This document shows, in pieces, positions 45,534 through 56,488 of a stretch of 64,000 bases of DNA. The first letter of the stretch is position 1; each line of letters opens with the position of its first letter. Under the pieces are notes generated by a model. That model was not told the origin of the DNA. It worked only from the letters and a program-made list of their open reading frames with translations, and searched no databases. The translations under genes were made by a program, and so were the position numbers. The DNA is from Minisyncoccia bacterium (GTDB lineage Bacteria; Patescibacteriota; Minisyncoccia; 2-02-FULL-40-12; IGHO2-01-FULL-4-A), in the NCBI GenBank assembly GCA_050015375.1, contig JBEKBN010000002.1:8339-72338 (forward strand), read 5' to 3'.

Positions 45534-46647
45534 ATTTCATCAACACTTCCAAAACTTTATTAGCGATGTGTTTAATATCGGCCTCCTTTAATCCTATATA
45601 GAACGGCAAAGCAAGGGAAGAATCGCTGACCATTTCCGAAACCGGAAAGTCGCCTCTTTTATAGTTAAATTTATCTCTGTAAAAGCCAAACAAATGGATT
45701 GAGGGTAAATAGGGTTTTGTGGAAATACCTTGTTTATGTAGATCTTCAATAATTTCGTCTCTATTTATCTTTTGATCTTTTATTCTCACGGTATAAACAA
45801 ACCAGCTGTGAGTATTTTCTTTGCCGATCTGGGGAACAGCTATTATCCGATCGTGCTTCGCAAAATATTTATTGTATAATTGAGCAATAGTTCTTTTCTT
45901 TTTGATCATGAAATCCAGTTTCTCCAATTGGGCTAATCCAAGAGCCGCGCTCATTTCATCGAGACGATAATTATAGCCTAGCCGAGAATGATCTAGCCAC
46001 TGCATATTTTCCGAACGTCCTTGATTTCTTAAACTTACACAGAGAGTATAGATATTTTTATCATTCGTTACAATAATTCCGCCTTCGCCGGTAGTCATCT
46101 GTTTATTGGGATAAAAGGCGAAAATAGCCGATTCCCCGAATGTTCCGACATTTTTGTTTTTGAATTTGGCGCAAACCGATTCACAGGCATCTTCAATTAT
46201 CTGCAGTTTGTGTTTCCTGGCAATTTTTAGGATGGGGCTCATATCGGCCGATTGGCCGAAAATATGAACAACCAAAATTGCTTTGGTTTTTGGGGTGATC
46301 TTTTCTTCAATCTTGGAAGGATCGATATTGTATGTTACTGGTTCGATATCGACAAAAACCGGTTTAGCGCCAACGTATAAGACCGAATTTGCGGAAGCAA
46401 TAAAGGAAAAAGGTGAAGTAATTACCTCGTCACCCGGACCAATTCCAGTTGCAATCATCGCCAAATGCAAGCCCGCCGTACCGCTTGAAACTGCGCAGGC
46501 GTATTTTGTGCCAATTTTTTCGGCGAATTTTTTTTCAAATTCAATATACCTTGGCCCCAAACTTAAATTTCCTGAATTTAAAACTTCCATTACTAACTGT
46601 CTTTCTCTTTCTTTAATGTATGGCTTAGCGATTGGATATTTCTTCAT
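45517..46647 (-). CDS. DegT/DnrJ/EryC1/StrS-family PLP aminotransferase (PseC/LegC-like)
   Basis: The length and motifs fit the sugar aminotransferase family. Confidence 0.8.
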   Translation of the reverse strand: MKKYPIAKPYIKERERQLVMEVLNSGNLSLGPRYIEFEKKFAEKIGTKYACAVSSGTAGLHLAMIATGIGPGDEVITSPFSFIASANSVLYVGAKPVFVDIEPVTYNIDPSKIEEKITPKTKAILVVHIFGQSADMSPILKIARKHKLQIIEDACESVCAKFKNKNVGTFGESAIFAFYPNKQMTTGEGGIIVTNDKNIYTLCVSLRNQGRSENMQWLDHSRLGYNYRLDEMSAALGLAQLEKLDFMIKKKRTIAQLYNKYFAKHDRIIAVPQIGKENTHSWFVYTVRIKDQKINRDEIIEDLHKQGISTKPYLPSIHLFGFYRDKFNYKRGDFPVSEMVSDSSLALPFYIGLKEADIKHIANKVLEVLMKYGKSI

Positions 46648-47423
46648 TTTTTAAAAATTAAAATTTTAATATGGGCGAAGTTCCCATGTGGCGGGAGCGA
46701 AGCAAAAAAATCAGCGAAAGTACTATTGTAAATGATTTCTTTTGAGACCGCTTTTGCCAAGGCCGGATATAAAATTCTAGACCCAAAATAATGAGAACTC
46801 AAAAAATTATTCTCTTCAACAAACCTCATTCCTTGGCTGACAAGATATTTGCTGACCGAGATCTTGTCAAGAAGCAAGTTGTGATATGCCGGCGGTATGG
46901 CAGCTAGCCCAATCTCCTCTCGGGCTTTATTCAATGAATCTAAACCATCTTTGAAAGCTTCCAACAATATCAATCTACCTCCTTTTTTTAAAACTCCGGC
47001 TATGTTTTTTAACGCTTTTTTCTGGTCGTTCCAATTCAACAAGTTAATGATGCATCTTTCCGTAAAAACGCAGTCATATTTATTTTTATCTTGTAATTTT
47101 AAAATGTCTCGCTCTTGGAACTTAATTTTTCCTTTTATGTTTTTAGTGGATTGCTTTTGGGCTAAAGTAATGAGGTCGCGAGAAAAATCGATGCAAGTCA
47201 AATCTATTTTTTTGGTTTTTAAAATTTCTATTGACCCACTGCCATTACCACAACCGACCTCAAGACACTTTTCTTCATCCTTCAGATATGAGGAGATATT
47301 AACAATTTCTAATCTCCTTGTCATTAGGTCGGCCATGGTGCTCGTCGAAGCCAGGCCGTGTTCTTCGGCTTCCTTTTTATAATGTTCCTTTATTAAAATC
47401 GTGTAATTTTTTCTGTTTGACAT
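46644..47423 (-). CDS. Class I SAM-dependent methyltransferase
   Basis: LEVGCGNGSG is the motif I glycine loop. Confidence 0.65.
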   Translation of the reverse strand: MSNRKNYTILIKEHYKKEAEEHGLASTSTMADLMTRRLEIVNISSYLKDEEKCLEVGCGNGSGSIEILKTKKIDLTCIDFSRDLITLAQKQSTKNIKGKIKFQERDILKLQDKNKYDCVFTERCIINLLNWNDQKKALKNIAGVLKKGGRLILLEAFKDGLDSLNKAREEIGLAAIPPAYHNLLLDKISVSKYLVSQGMRFVEENNFLSSHYFGSRILYPALAKAVSKEIIYNSTFADFFASLPPHGNFAHIKILIFKK

Positions 47424-47426
47424 TTT

Positions 47427-48587
47427 TTAATAATTAATCTGTTTTGCTAATAATCTCGGATTAATATCCAATTCTTCAAGAATTTTAGCTACTCTTGGTC
47501 CGGTTTTGCCGTCACCCCAAGGGTTTTTCGATTTTGCGACTCTGGCTCTATAAATATTATCATCCAATGATTTATGAATAGCCGCGATTATTTCTGCTCT
47601 TTTATAACCGACGTCTATAACGTTGTCCCCTCTTTGACGGCCTGATTGTCTTGAGCCGATATTAACTACCGGCACATTAAATGAAGATGATTCTATCATG
47701 GCCGCGCTTGAATTGCCAATCCATACCGCAGCTTCTCTTTCCAGAGTTAAAAAGTGTTTATAGGGTAAGCTTTTAACAATACGAAACAAGGAATTATTTT
47801 TTTCCCTTTCTATAACCTTTATGATTCTCCGGCCGCCGGCATCAGGATGGGGATAAGCCACAACCACTAGCAAATTGAATTTTTTTACAGCCGCCATTGT
47901 CTCCTCCATTTGTTTTCCAGCCCGCTCAAATTCCTCGCTTACCGGGTGTTGAGTTACCAAAATTACTTTATGATCGGGATCAAGGTCTAGTTTTTGGAAG
48001 AGATCTTCCCTTGACAGTAATTTTTCATTTAAAATGACATCAAGAGCCGGCGCGCCAACTATATGAATTCTCCATTTCTCCTCACCCATTTTTTCTATTC
48101 TTTTTGCTGATTCTTCAGTAGACGGAAAATGAATTTGAGAAAGTTTGGTAATGGCGTGCCGAGCGATTTCATCAACGGTAGATGTCCTCTCGCCGCCACC
48201 CATTTGCCCAGTTGGAATGCCCAAATACAACGCGGCTGTGGCGGCACATAGCATTTCCGGCCGATCGCCAAGGGTTAGAATAAAATCCGGCCTATTCTTA
48301 GATAGGGCATTGACTATATTGGTAAGGAATTCACCGGTGAATTTGGCCATTCCTTTTCTGTCATCGCTTTTAAATACGCAGCTGATCTTTTTAACTTTTC
48401 CCGGAAATTCTTTTTCAACTTGATCAACGGTCAGACCGAATTCGGGCATCAAGTGAGAACCGGTGGCATATATCTGCAACTTCAAACGCTTGCTTTTGTC
48501 TATGGTTCTTAGCACTGGGGTCATCATCCCAAAATCAGCCCGGGTTCCGGAAATATAAGCTATTTTTTTAATAATTTGGTCTCCCAT
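47427..48587 (-). CDS. UDP-N-acetylglucosamine 2-epimerase (hydrolysing), NeuC family
   Basis: KIAYISGTRADFG...ATGSHL is typical of NeuC. I took the start at MGDQIIKK. Confidence 0.75.
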   Translation of the reverse strand: MGDQIIKKIAYISGTRADFGMMTPVLRTIDKSKRLKLQIYATGSHLMPEFGLTVDQVEKEFPGKVKKISCVFKSDDRKGMAKFTGEFLTNIVNALSKNRPDFILTLGDRPEMLCAATAALYLGIPTGQMGGGERTSTVDEIARHAITKLSQIHFPSTEESAKRIEKMGEEKWRIHIVGAPALDVILNEKLLSREDLFQKLDLDPDHKVILVTQHPVSEEFERAGKQMEETMAAVKKFNLLVVVAYPHPDAGGRRIIKVIEREKNNSLFRIVKSLPYKHFLTLEREAAVWIGNSSAAMIESSSFNVPVVNIGSRQSGRQRGDNVIDVGYKRAEIIAAIHKSLDDNIYRARVAKSKNPWGDGKTGPRVAKILEELDINPRLLAKQINY

Positions 48588-48627
48588 AAAAATAAAAACC
48601 TCGGTTAAATGGCCCCGCGGCTCTGGT

Positions 48628-49680
48628 TCACCAGTCACCACTTTGGATTAAGCTGTCATTCTTTATGTCTTTTTTGGCCAACTTGCCAAGCAACGACTGA
48701 TAATATCTAGGCGATACACCATTTCCCGGCCTTTTGATGCCGAGATTTTTTTCTGTAAATCTCTCTCCTCTCTTAATGGGCCTGAGTGATACGATGCTTT
48801 TTCGGGTAATCAGTGCTATCTTCTTTTCGCTTGGAACCGGTTGTTTAATGTTCCGCCCCATAATGATCGGGATATTTCTAATGGCTTGAATGGCAATTCT
48901 CAGCTCCTCGGGATTGGATGATGCCTTATGGTCCGGACCCTCCGTGTTTTTATTCAGGGTCAGATGCTTTTCAATAACGCAGGCGCCCAATGCGACTGCC
49001 ATTGTTGATACAAGACTGCCTTCGGTATGGTCAGAATAGCCGACGAGAACAGACGGCAGTGCTTTCATCATCGTCTGCATAGCCCCCAAATTCACCCCTT
49101 CAAAAGGACATGGATAGTTTGTCGTGCAATGGAGAAATACAATCTTGTCGTTGCCCGCTCTTTTTATCCATTTCATCGCATCCTTAATTTCCTTCAGGGT
49201 TGCCATACCCGTGCTCACGATCATTGGTTTCCGGAATTTGGCAATGTGTTCCAAGAACGGCTGATTGGTCAGATCTCCAGAGCCGATCTTGAATGCCGGG
49301 ACTCCGAGCTTATGAAGAAAATCGGCGCTTTTGATGTGGCCATGAGGCGTGGATAAGAATATGATATTTCTTTTTTTACATCTTGCCACTATCGAATCAT
49401 AGAATCGTTCATCCAGTTCGATCTCTTTCAGCATCTCGAGCTGGGATTCCGTCTTACCGGTATTTTTCTTTTGATACTCAGCCATCTCGCCACCGCCGGT
49501 CACTACCTGTTCGGCTTTCCAAGTCTGGAACTTAACGGCATTGGCTCCGGCATCAGCCGCGGCATCAACCAGCTTCAATGCCAGATCAAGTCGTCCATTA
49601 TGATTCACACCTGCTTCAGCGATAAAAAATACCGGCCAGCTGTATCCAATTTCAGATTTACCTATTTTTACAGTAATCAT
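48628..49680 (-). CDS. Nonulosonic acid synthase (NeuB/PseI/LegI family) with a C-terminal SAF domain
   Basis: FIAEAGVNHNG...AVKFQTW... is the NeuB signature. Confidence 0.85.
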   Translation of the reverse strand: MITVKIGKSEIGYSWPVFFIAEAGVNHNGRLDLALKLVDAAADAGANAVKFQTWKAEQVVTGGGEMAEYQKKNTGKTESQLEMLKEIELDERFYDSIVARCKKRNIIFLSTPHGHIKSADFLHKLGVPAFKIGSGDLTNQPFLEHIAKFRKPMIVSTGMATLKEIKDAMKWIKRAGNDKIVFLHCTTNYPCPFEGVNLGAMQTMMKALPSVLVGYSDHTEGSLVSTMAVALGACVIEKHLTLNKNTEGPDHKASSNPEELRIAIQAIRNIPIIMGRNIKQPVPSEKKIALITRKSIVSLRPIKRGERFTEKNLGIKRPGNGVSPRYYQSLLGKLAKKDIKNDSLIQSGDW

Positions 49681-49757
49681 AATTGTTCTCTTGCTGTTTT
49701 AATATTAAATAATAAGTTAGTTATTTAACATTATTCAGAAATAAATCAAATTAAGAT

Positions 49758-50783
49758 TTAAATAACCGTTACAGTCTTACCAGTTCGACTGCTTTTTTCC
49801 AAAGCAAATAAGGCCTTCAGAAAGCGGTGGTTTTCTTTAAATAAAAAGGGATATTTGCTTCGGCCCTCGATCGCGGTTAAAAATCTACCAATCTCTTCTT
49901 CGTACATATCTTCGGTGGTTATATAATGTTTCTCGTTATGACCTTTTTTCAGATGGATCACTTGGAGTTTTTTGTCCTTGGCAGTGAATAATTCTATCCG
50001 GCTGTCCTGCCACTCCCATTCCAAAACCCCATTTGAACCGATCACCCGCAATGTCCGGAATGGTTTTCGCGATAAGATATCAATGCTGATGTTGCCGATT
50101 ACATTATTTTGGAATCTAATAATAGAGGCGTATAAGTCATCGGCGTTCATGTCAAGTCCGGAAAGCTTTTCCGTGAATCCAGCGATCTTCTCAACTTTCA
50201 AATTTAACACATAGCTCAACCAGCCCAGTTCAAACGCGAACATTTCTCTGCAAGCACCGGTAGGTCTTTTGGAGAAATAAACTTTTCTATAATCTTCCCA
50301 GGGATGCCAATCGGGCAAGTATTGGCCCATGTGATATTGAAATGATAAAACTCGTCCGATCTTATCGCTGTCCAATATTTTTTTCATTGCTTTTATCGCC
50401 GGGTGAAATCTCAAGCTACATGATGGCGCACCCACAAAAGTACCGTCCAAAAGGCCCATCAACTGTTTATAGCCCTTATCGGTGGTTGGATGTTCGACAA
50501 AAAAATGTTTTTTGTGCTTTGCAGCATATAGGAAATAATCGGAATGTTTGTCGGGTGGAGTTGATATGATGAAAACATCTGGTTTTACTCGGTCTAGGGT
50601 TTTTTTGAAATTATTGAATATTTTTATCCCGAAATTATTTTGCGCTTCAAGACGCCTTTTTTTTAAAGGATCAAAACCATAAATATTCTCCTTGGGTATT
50701 TTGTGAAAGAGGAGATTTCTGATTCTTCTCTTGCCCATCGAACCCAAACCTATTTGCATAATTTTAAGCCGTTTTTTATTCAA
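49758..50783 (-). CDS. Gfo/Idh/MocA-family oxidoreductase
   Basis: The N-terminal Rossmann region is MKIMQIGLGSMGKRR. Confidence 0.65.
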   Translation of the reverse strand: MNKKRLKIMQIGLGSMGKRRIRNLLFHKIPKENIYGFDPLKKRRLEAQNNFGIKIFNNFKKTLDRVKPDVFIISTPPDKHSDYFLYAAKHKKHFFVEHPTTDKGYKQLMGLLDGTFVGAPSCSLRFHPAIKAMKKILDSDKIGRVLSFQYHMGQYLPDWHPWEDYRKVYFSKRPTGACREMFAFELGWLSYVLNLKVEKIAGFTEKLSGLDMNADDLYASIIRFQNNVIGNISIDILSRKPFRTLRVIGSNGVLEWEWQDSRIELFTAKDKKLQVIHLKKGHNEKHYITTEDMYEEEIGRFLTAIEGRSKYPFLFKENHRFLKALFALEKSSRTGKTVTVI

Positions 50784-51501
50784 ATCTTTTTAATTTTTGT
50801 TCTATTTTCTTCTTATTCGCGTAGACCAATTCAGCCATTATCCAGTCCTCGGGATGGTCAAGATCTATCGAACGCCAGCGGGGGCAAATCACACCGTGAG
50901 TATTCTCATTTACAAATTTCTTCGTTTTCAAGAATTCCTCGGTTCTGATCATATAAACCATGCACCCATTCAGGATATAACCCTTTGGCCAGGCCTGGCG
51001 GTTGGCATTTTCTTTTTTGGGCTGGTTTATCAATACAAGTTTTCCTTTTTTGCTGATCTGATAGAAGCGGGGATGTGTTTCACAAACCGTGCAGACCGAT
51101 TTTATTTTAGGATTTTTCATCAGCTCGTAACACTTTTTTATGTCCTCGATTTCTCTAAGCGGTGATGGCGGTTGAAGTAAAGTAATCACATCAGGATGGT
51201 AATTCTCTTCATCTCTCAATTTTCTTATAAGCGATAAGAAAACATCGTTGATCTGTGCGGTATCGGATGCCAAACTGGCCGGTCTGAACGATATCTCGGC
51301 CCCGAATTTTTTTGCTATTTTGGCGATTTCAGGGTTCTCGGTATCAACTATGACGCGATCAAAAAAACCGGACCTTTTAGCTTGGAGAATAGCGTGGGCG
51401 ATAAGAGGTTTGCCGTGAAAAATCCGGATGTTTTTATTCGGTATCCCTTTTGAACCCGCCCGCGCACAGATAACAGCTAAATTTTTCTCTTTTTTAATCA
51501 T
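50776..51501 (-). CDS. CMP-nonulosonic acid synthetase (acylneuraminate cytidylyltransferase family)
   Basis: AVICARAGSKGIPNKNIRIFHGKPLIAH is the NeuA/CMP-NeuAc synthetase signature. Confidence 0.8.
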   Translation of the reverse strand: MIKKEKNLAVICARAGSKGIPNKNIRIFHGKPLIAHAILQAKRSGFFDRVIVDTENPEIAKIAKKFGAEISFRPASLASDTAQINDVFLSLIRKLRDEENYHPDVITLLQPPSPLREIEDIKKCYELMKNPKIKSVCTVCETHPRFYQISKKGKLVLINQPKKENANRQAWPKGYILNGCMVYMIRTEEFLKTKKFVNENTHGVICPRWRSIDLDHPEDWIMAELVYANKKKIEQKLKRFE

Positions 51502-52483
51502 TGCTCTTTTGAAAAACTATTCTCATGTGGTTACTTATGTTCTGCTTGTCAATTATGGCTTGCATCAAAGGAATAAAATCTTTTAACCTGGATGAGTAAT
51601 CAAATCTATCTTCGTAATTTTTCATGCAGAAATAATCCATTACATCCAAACCATAATAATCAACGGAATGAACCTTAAAACCGGTTTTCTTGGCCAAATA
51701 ATCCAAAGATCTCTGATCAAAGAAACAAATGTGTTGGAATGGGTAGAGGTTGTTTTGGTCTTTGCCCATCAGCAGAAAAGATAGCGAATGGATATTGGGA
51801 GTATGAGCTATAACAAAACCGTTCTTGATCAATTTTTTATTTATGGTCTTAAAAAGAGTTATCGGATCGGTCAGGTGCTCTAGAACATCGTAAAGAGTGA
51901 TTATGTTGTAAGACCCGTCCTTTTCATTCTTCAAATCGGCACTTTCTACGTTTAACCCCCTGTTTTTGCATATCTTAACCAAAAAATCGGATAATTCCAG
52001 ACCTTTATACTTAACGCCGTTGTCTTTCAGATAACTCAACAGATAACCAGGGCCACAACCTACATCAAGAAGTTTTATCCTATTTTTGGAGATTTTGGTT
52101 TTCTCCAATATATAATTCAACCTTTCCGGAGCCAAAGTTTTTTTCCGATAATCATAGGTGTTCAAAACATTAATTCTAACATCCCTTTTATAGACCTCGT
52201 CGTCGTAGACCCCATGGTTGCCCAGCTTTGTAAAATCAACATTTGGCGAAACCAGGCCGCATTTTGAACAATCAATGAGCTGGTATTTATTGTAGGACAA
52301 GAAATTGTCGCCCTTTTGGGAACCGCAGAGCGGGCAAACGAATTTATTGCGAGTTTTAATACTAGAAGCGAATTTATTCATCATATGATCCTTGTAAACC
52401 AAAACGTTTTTCCAGAAATCTTTTGGCCGGGATTGTTTGGAATCAATATTGAATATCTTGTAGCCCTTAAGCATGTTCCTCAT
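51494..52483 (-). CDS. SAM-dependent methyltransferase
   Basis: LLDVGCGPGYLL, preceded by an N-terminal Cys-rich segment. Confidence 0.65.
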   Translation of the reverse strand: MRNMLKGYKIFNIDSKQSRPKDFWKNVLVYKDHMMNKFASSIKTRNKFVCPLCGSQKGDNFLSYNKYQLIDCSKCGLVSPNVDFTKLGNHGVYDDEVYKRDVRINVLNTYDYRKKTLAPERLNYILEKTKISKNRIKLLDVGCGPGYLLSYLKDNGVKYKGLELSDFLVKICKNRGLNVESADLKNEKDGSYNIITLYDVLEHLTDPITLFKTINKKLIKNGFVIAHTPNIHSLSFLLMGKDQNNLYPFQHICFFDQRSLDYLAKKTGFKVHSVDYYGLDVMDYFCMKNYEDRFDYSSRLKDFIPLMQAIIDKQNISNHMRIVFQKSND

Positions 52484-52487
52484 TTTT

Positions 52488-53741
52488 TTATTTTACCTGA
52501 TGCCTTAGTTTCCAAATACCTTTTTCTTTCTTCCAAAGATGAGGCGAACGAAACTCATCGGCCAAACGCATGAAATATTTTTTATCCATCTTTGGATGGA
52601 TAAACGATCCGTGGGCTTTCGGAAATTCTTTTTTGGTGATACTGAGATATTCCCACAATTCATCGGCAAATCTCTCCGGAAATTCTCCATCAAATCTTCT
52701 TACAAGCGAGACCCCTTCTTCCCGAGTGATTTCACCCGATCTTATCTCCTGGGCGGCATCATTAGTGGCTCGGCCTAAGCCAAATTTAATGAACGCGGTA
52801 TAGTAGTAGAGGTCATCCATCTTGTCATCAATACTGTTGTATTTGCTATATGTTCCCGGGGTTCTTTCCGGCGATGCCTGAAAACCCCCGTGTTCGACGG
52901 AATAGTAATAAGCTCCCTGAGGATGCCATTTTAAATAATAGCCCAGATAATGAAATTCGATCTTGTGTTTTTTTATATCTTTGGGGTTGGCGGGCAAATA
53001 GAGATTAAGGTCGTTCTCCTGAACGCCATATTTCTTTGACAGATCAGAGAGAGAAACGCCGCCTAGAAAAATTTTTGTTTTATCGGAAGAGGTGAAATAC
53101 GACCAATCTTTAACCGCTTTATCGGCATCAGCGATCGGATTGCCATATTCAGCTTCATTTTCTCCATAAAAAATAAGCGGTATATCGTAAAGAATCGCAA
53201 CTTTAGGCGCCAGTGACTTCTGTCCGAAAACGAACGGTTGAAAAGGATGAAAAAGATTTTCGAGGGCCAGGCGCGTGAGCAAACGGTGAGTTCTGCCATT
53301 TGGCGTGTAGAGTACATTGTCGAAGCCCGCGTGAATCCAGGCTTCAAAATTTTTCCAACCCCATGGCGTATAGATATGGGGAGCCCAGGTTATCGTGAGA
53401 GGGTGCATGCCATATTTAAACTTCAGAATGTGAGCCGCGTAAAAACTGTCTTTACCGCCCGACCCCGGGACTAAACAATCATAAGACCCGTCTTTTTTTC
53501 TATGTTTATCGCATAATTTCATTAGCTCCCCTCCGCGTTCCGCCCAATCAATTGATTTTTTACGCTCGGTCACTCGACAGGCATCACAAATTCCATCCTC
53601 ATTAAAATTTACAGTTCCTTTTTTGCTATCTTTGGTATGCGAATATTCAACTGCCGAGATTGGTTTTTGATTCGAAACAACACATTTTTTGCAAAAGTTG
53701 ACCTCCTCTGGCAAACCATATTTTGTTGGAATTTTACTCAT
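52488..53741 (-). CDS. N-acetyl sugar amidotransferase (PP-loop ATPase, WbuX/PseA-like)
   Basis: The PP-loop is SGGKDS (CLVPGSGGKDSFYAAH). HisH/HisF paralogs immediately downstream form the canonical amidotransferase trio. Confidence 0.75.
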   Translation of the reverse strand: MSKIPTKYGLPEEVNFCKKCVVSNQKPISAVEYSHTKDSKKGTVNFNEDGICDACRVTERKKSIDWAERGGELMKLCDKHRKKDGSYDCLVPGSGGKDSFYAAHILKFKYGMHPLTITWAPHIYTPWGWKNFEAWIHAGFDNVLYTPNGRTHRLLTRLALENLFHPFQPFVFGQKSLAPKVAILYDIPLIFYGENEAEYGNPIADADKAVKDWSYFTSSDKTKIFLGGVSLSDLSKKYGVQENDLNLYLPANPKDIKKHKIEFHYLGYYLKWHPQGAYYYSVEHGGFQASPERTPGTYSKYNSIDDKMDDLYYYTAFIKFGLGRATNDAAQEIRSGEITREEGVSLVRRFDGEFPERFADELWEYLSITKKEFPKAHGSFIHPKMDKKYFMRLADEFRSPHLWKKEKGIWKLRHQVK

Positions 53742-53751
53742 GATATTTTGT

Positions 53752-54402
53752 CTATGCTATTTTAATAAAATTTTCTATTATCTTTAGCCCAACGGGGCCG
53801 CTTTTTTCAGGATGGAATTGGCATCCATAAATATTGTTTTTTTTAATAATCGCACAAAATTCATGGCCGCCATATTCAGTCGTGGCAAAAATAACCTTTT
53901 TATCATCTGGCTCCAATATATATGAGTGGACAAAATAAACATCCGCTTCCCGATCTATTGATCTGAATGGTGTGTCGTTTTTAGACACGGATGTCTTAAA
54001 AGATAATCTATTCCATCCGATATGCGGGATCTTTGCATTGTCTGCCAACTTAGGAAACTTTATAACCCGCCCCGGTATAATATTCAGGCCGGAGAACTCG
54101 CCAAATTCGAAGCCCTTGCTTAGCAATAATTGCGCGCCTAAACATATCCCCAAGATCGGTTTGCCGCTTTCGGCAAATTGCTTAATAGTGGTTTCTAGAT
54201 TTCGAATACAAAGTCCGTTCATTCCGGCTTCAAATGAACCGACGCCGGGCAATACAAGAGCATCAGATGACTCTATTTCCTTGGCCTCCTCGGTGATTAT
54301 GGCCTTTGTCGTAAATTTATCAAAGGCCTTCTGAATACTATATAGATTGCCCACTCCATAATCAACTACCGCAATTTTTGGTGATTTCATGGTCATAGTC
54401 AC
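53752..54402 (-). CDS. Glutamine amidotransferase, HisH-like (WbuY-type)
   Basis: The class I GATase has the catalytic Cys in GICLGAQ and a His-Glu tail. Confidence 0.8.
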   Translation of the reverse strand: MTMTMKSPKIAVVDYGVGNLYSIQKAFDKFTTKAIITEEAKEIESSDALVLPGVGSFEAGMNGLCIRNLETTIKQFAESGKPILGICLGAQLLLSKGFEFGEFSGLNIIPGRVIKFPKLADNAKIPHIGWNRLSFKTSVSKNDTPFRSIDREADVYFVHSYILEPDDKKVIFATTEYGGHEFCAIIKKNNIYGCQFHPEKSGPVGLKIIENFIKIA

Positions 54403-55160
54403 GCCATCCTAACTTTTAGCTTCTTTCCATGCAAAAAAACCTTTAATGAATCAACCGTATAATCGTTATAATGGAATACTGACGCCGCGGCAATTGCATT
54501 GGGTCGAGAAGATCTAATAACTTTTGCTACTGATTCTTTGCTACCAGCTCCTCCGTGGGCGATGATCGGAATGGTCGAAAAGGCGGTGATGGCGGAAATA
54601 AGTTCTAGATCATACCCCTTTCTTGTTCCATCTTTATCTATAGAAGTGACGACCACCTCGCCCACTCCCATACCAATGGCCTTTTTTACCCAATCAATGG
54701 CGTCTATGCCCGTTCTTTCTCTCCCGCCATCCGTGTATGCTTCCCATTTTTTGTCTCCGATCTTTTTTGCCTCGACGGAAAGGACTATACACTGGGAACC
54801 GAATTTGTTTATAGCCATGGAGATGAATTCCGGATGGTGGATGGCGAATGTATTAATGGCTATCTTATCGGCACCCGCTCTCAAAACGTTATCTATGTCG
54901 CCGACTGACCTGATTCCGCCGCCAACTGTAATGGGTATGAAGATGCCGCTAGCAACAGATTTCAACAAGTCAAAATCAAGATTTCTTTGATATAAGCTGG
55001 CCACGATATCCATATACAGTAACTCATCGGCGTTTTCGTTGTAATACCTCAAGGCCAGTTCTCTGGAATTACCGACGATTCTTAACCCTTCCGTAAAAAT
55101 TCCTTTTACTACATTGGGGCCTTTTATATCCAGCCGGGGAATTATTCTTATATTTTCCAT
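54399..55160 (-). CDS. HisF-like cyclase subunit (WbuZ-type)
   Basis: The (beta/alpha)8 HisA/HisF family opens IIPRLDIKG... Confidence 0.8.
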   Translation of the reverse strand: MENIRIIPRLDIKGPNVVKGIFTEGLRIVGNSRELALRYYNENADELLYMDIVASLYQRNLDFDLLKSVASGIFIPITVGGGIRSVGDIDNVLRAGADKIAINTFAIHHPEFISMAINKFGSQCIVLSVEAKKIGDKKWEAYTDGGRERTGIDAIDWVKKAIGMGVGEVVVTSIDKDGTRKGYDLELISAITAFSTIPIIAHGGAGSKESVAKVIRSSRPNAIAAASVFHYNDYTVDSLKVFLHGKKLKVRMA

Positions 55161-55177
55161 ATTTTTAATGTTGACCT

Positions 55178-56386
55178 TTATTGGGTTAGATAAACTTGGT
55201 CAAAGATATCATGTATCGGTTTTTCATATCGGGTAATATTGAAAATCTTGCCATCATCGCACTGCAAGTAAAGCGTCCGATACAATCCCAGGCATGGCTC
55301 CAGAACCCTATTAAAAAAAACGCTGGCCAGTTTGGTTTTAAACTTAAGTTGAGCAAAGAATCCTGAAAATTCAAGAGCATACATCAAGTTGAAGTTGGCC
55401 GGATAGCAAAAAGTAACTTTCTTGTTTTCACCAAAATAAGAAACAAGGCAATTTTCAACAAATGAGAAATTGGGGAAAGCCATGAAACTTATAATGATGT
55501 CACGAGAACCGATTTTAAGTTTTTGTATTTTGAACGCTTGGCGAACCGCTTCCAATAAGCGTTCCGGCTTGAGAGAATAATAAACCCGAGGCAAAAATTT
55601 TATGTCGTCAAAATAATCATTGAGAAAATTTGTGTCTATAGCTCGCCAACGGTGCTGTTGAGAGATGACGAGATTTATGGGTCTCCCCGGCGAGATATTT
55701 TTGATGAGTTTTGCGATAGCCACCATGATCATCACCGGTGAAGGTTCGACGATGGTAAACCAGATTTCGCCATTATTTTCTTCCAACAATTTTTTCATGT
55801 TTTGTTCCAATAAATCGTTGACGGTTGGAATTTCTTTGTTATCCGCCAGCGGTTTACTTAGGTCGTGAATAGAAATCCTTTCGGGACAATTTTTAAAATA
55901 ATCGCACCAGGCTTCGAATGTCGCTCTGCCCACGGCGTTTTCAAACAACTTATAAAATACATAGGAATTCAAACCGAAACTATAAGCCGAGATGGAGGCG
56001 TTGGAGCTTATCGAAAAAGAGTAGGCGATCTTGCCAAGATTTTTCCAGATGAAAATTTCGGCGGGTTTCGAGTCGTCTAAAATTCTGAATAATTTCAAAT
56101 CAAGAAGTTTAAGCTCTTTTTTTTCGGCTGGATGGGGCTTGTAGAAAAGTTCATAGCCCACGCACTGCTTCCTTATGTAATCGAGGCACATATTGGTTAT
56201 TTTTACATATTCCTCAATCTTCAACTGGTCCGACAATTTAAGAAACGACGCTCCCCAAAAAATAACCTGTTTGTTGCCTCGCTGGCCCAAATTAGATTCA
56301 CCGATCAGACCATACGGAACAGCAACTTCATGGACATTTTCGGCCTCTTTATTGGCTGGCTGCAGGGTCTTGAGATACATCTTCAT
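55178..56386 (-). CDS. Hypothetical protein in the glycan locus (possible transferase)
   Basis: The 402-aa ORF has no confident family. Its context suggests nonulosonic-acid transfer or modification. Confidence 0.45.
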   Translation of the reverse strand: MKMYLKTLQPANKEAENVHEVAVPYGLIGESNLGQRGNKQVIFWGASFLKLSDQLKIEEYVKITNMCLDYIRKQCVGYELFYKPHPAEKKELKLLDLKLFRILDDSKPAEIFIWKNLGKIAYSFSISSNASISAYSFGLNSYVFYKLFENAVGRATFEAWCDYFKNCPERISIHDLSKPLADNKEIPTVNDLLEQNMKKLLEENNGEIWFTIVEPSPVMIMVAIAKLIKNISPGRPINLVISQQHRWRAIDTNFLNDYFDDIKFLPRVYYSLKPERLLEAVRQAFKIQKLKIGSRDIIISFMAFPNFSFVENCLVSYFGENKKVTFCYPANFNLMYALEFSGFFAQLKFKTKLASVFFNRVLEPCLGLYRTLYLQCDDGKIFNITRYEKPIHDIFDQVYLTQ

Positions 56387-56488
56387 TTAAGATTTTTAAC
56401 ATAAAATCGCACCCACGTAAAGAATATAGTGTTCTGCCAACAAAAAAGAGCTAACTGGTGAGAGTTAGCCCTGTGATTTTTTCCAAAA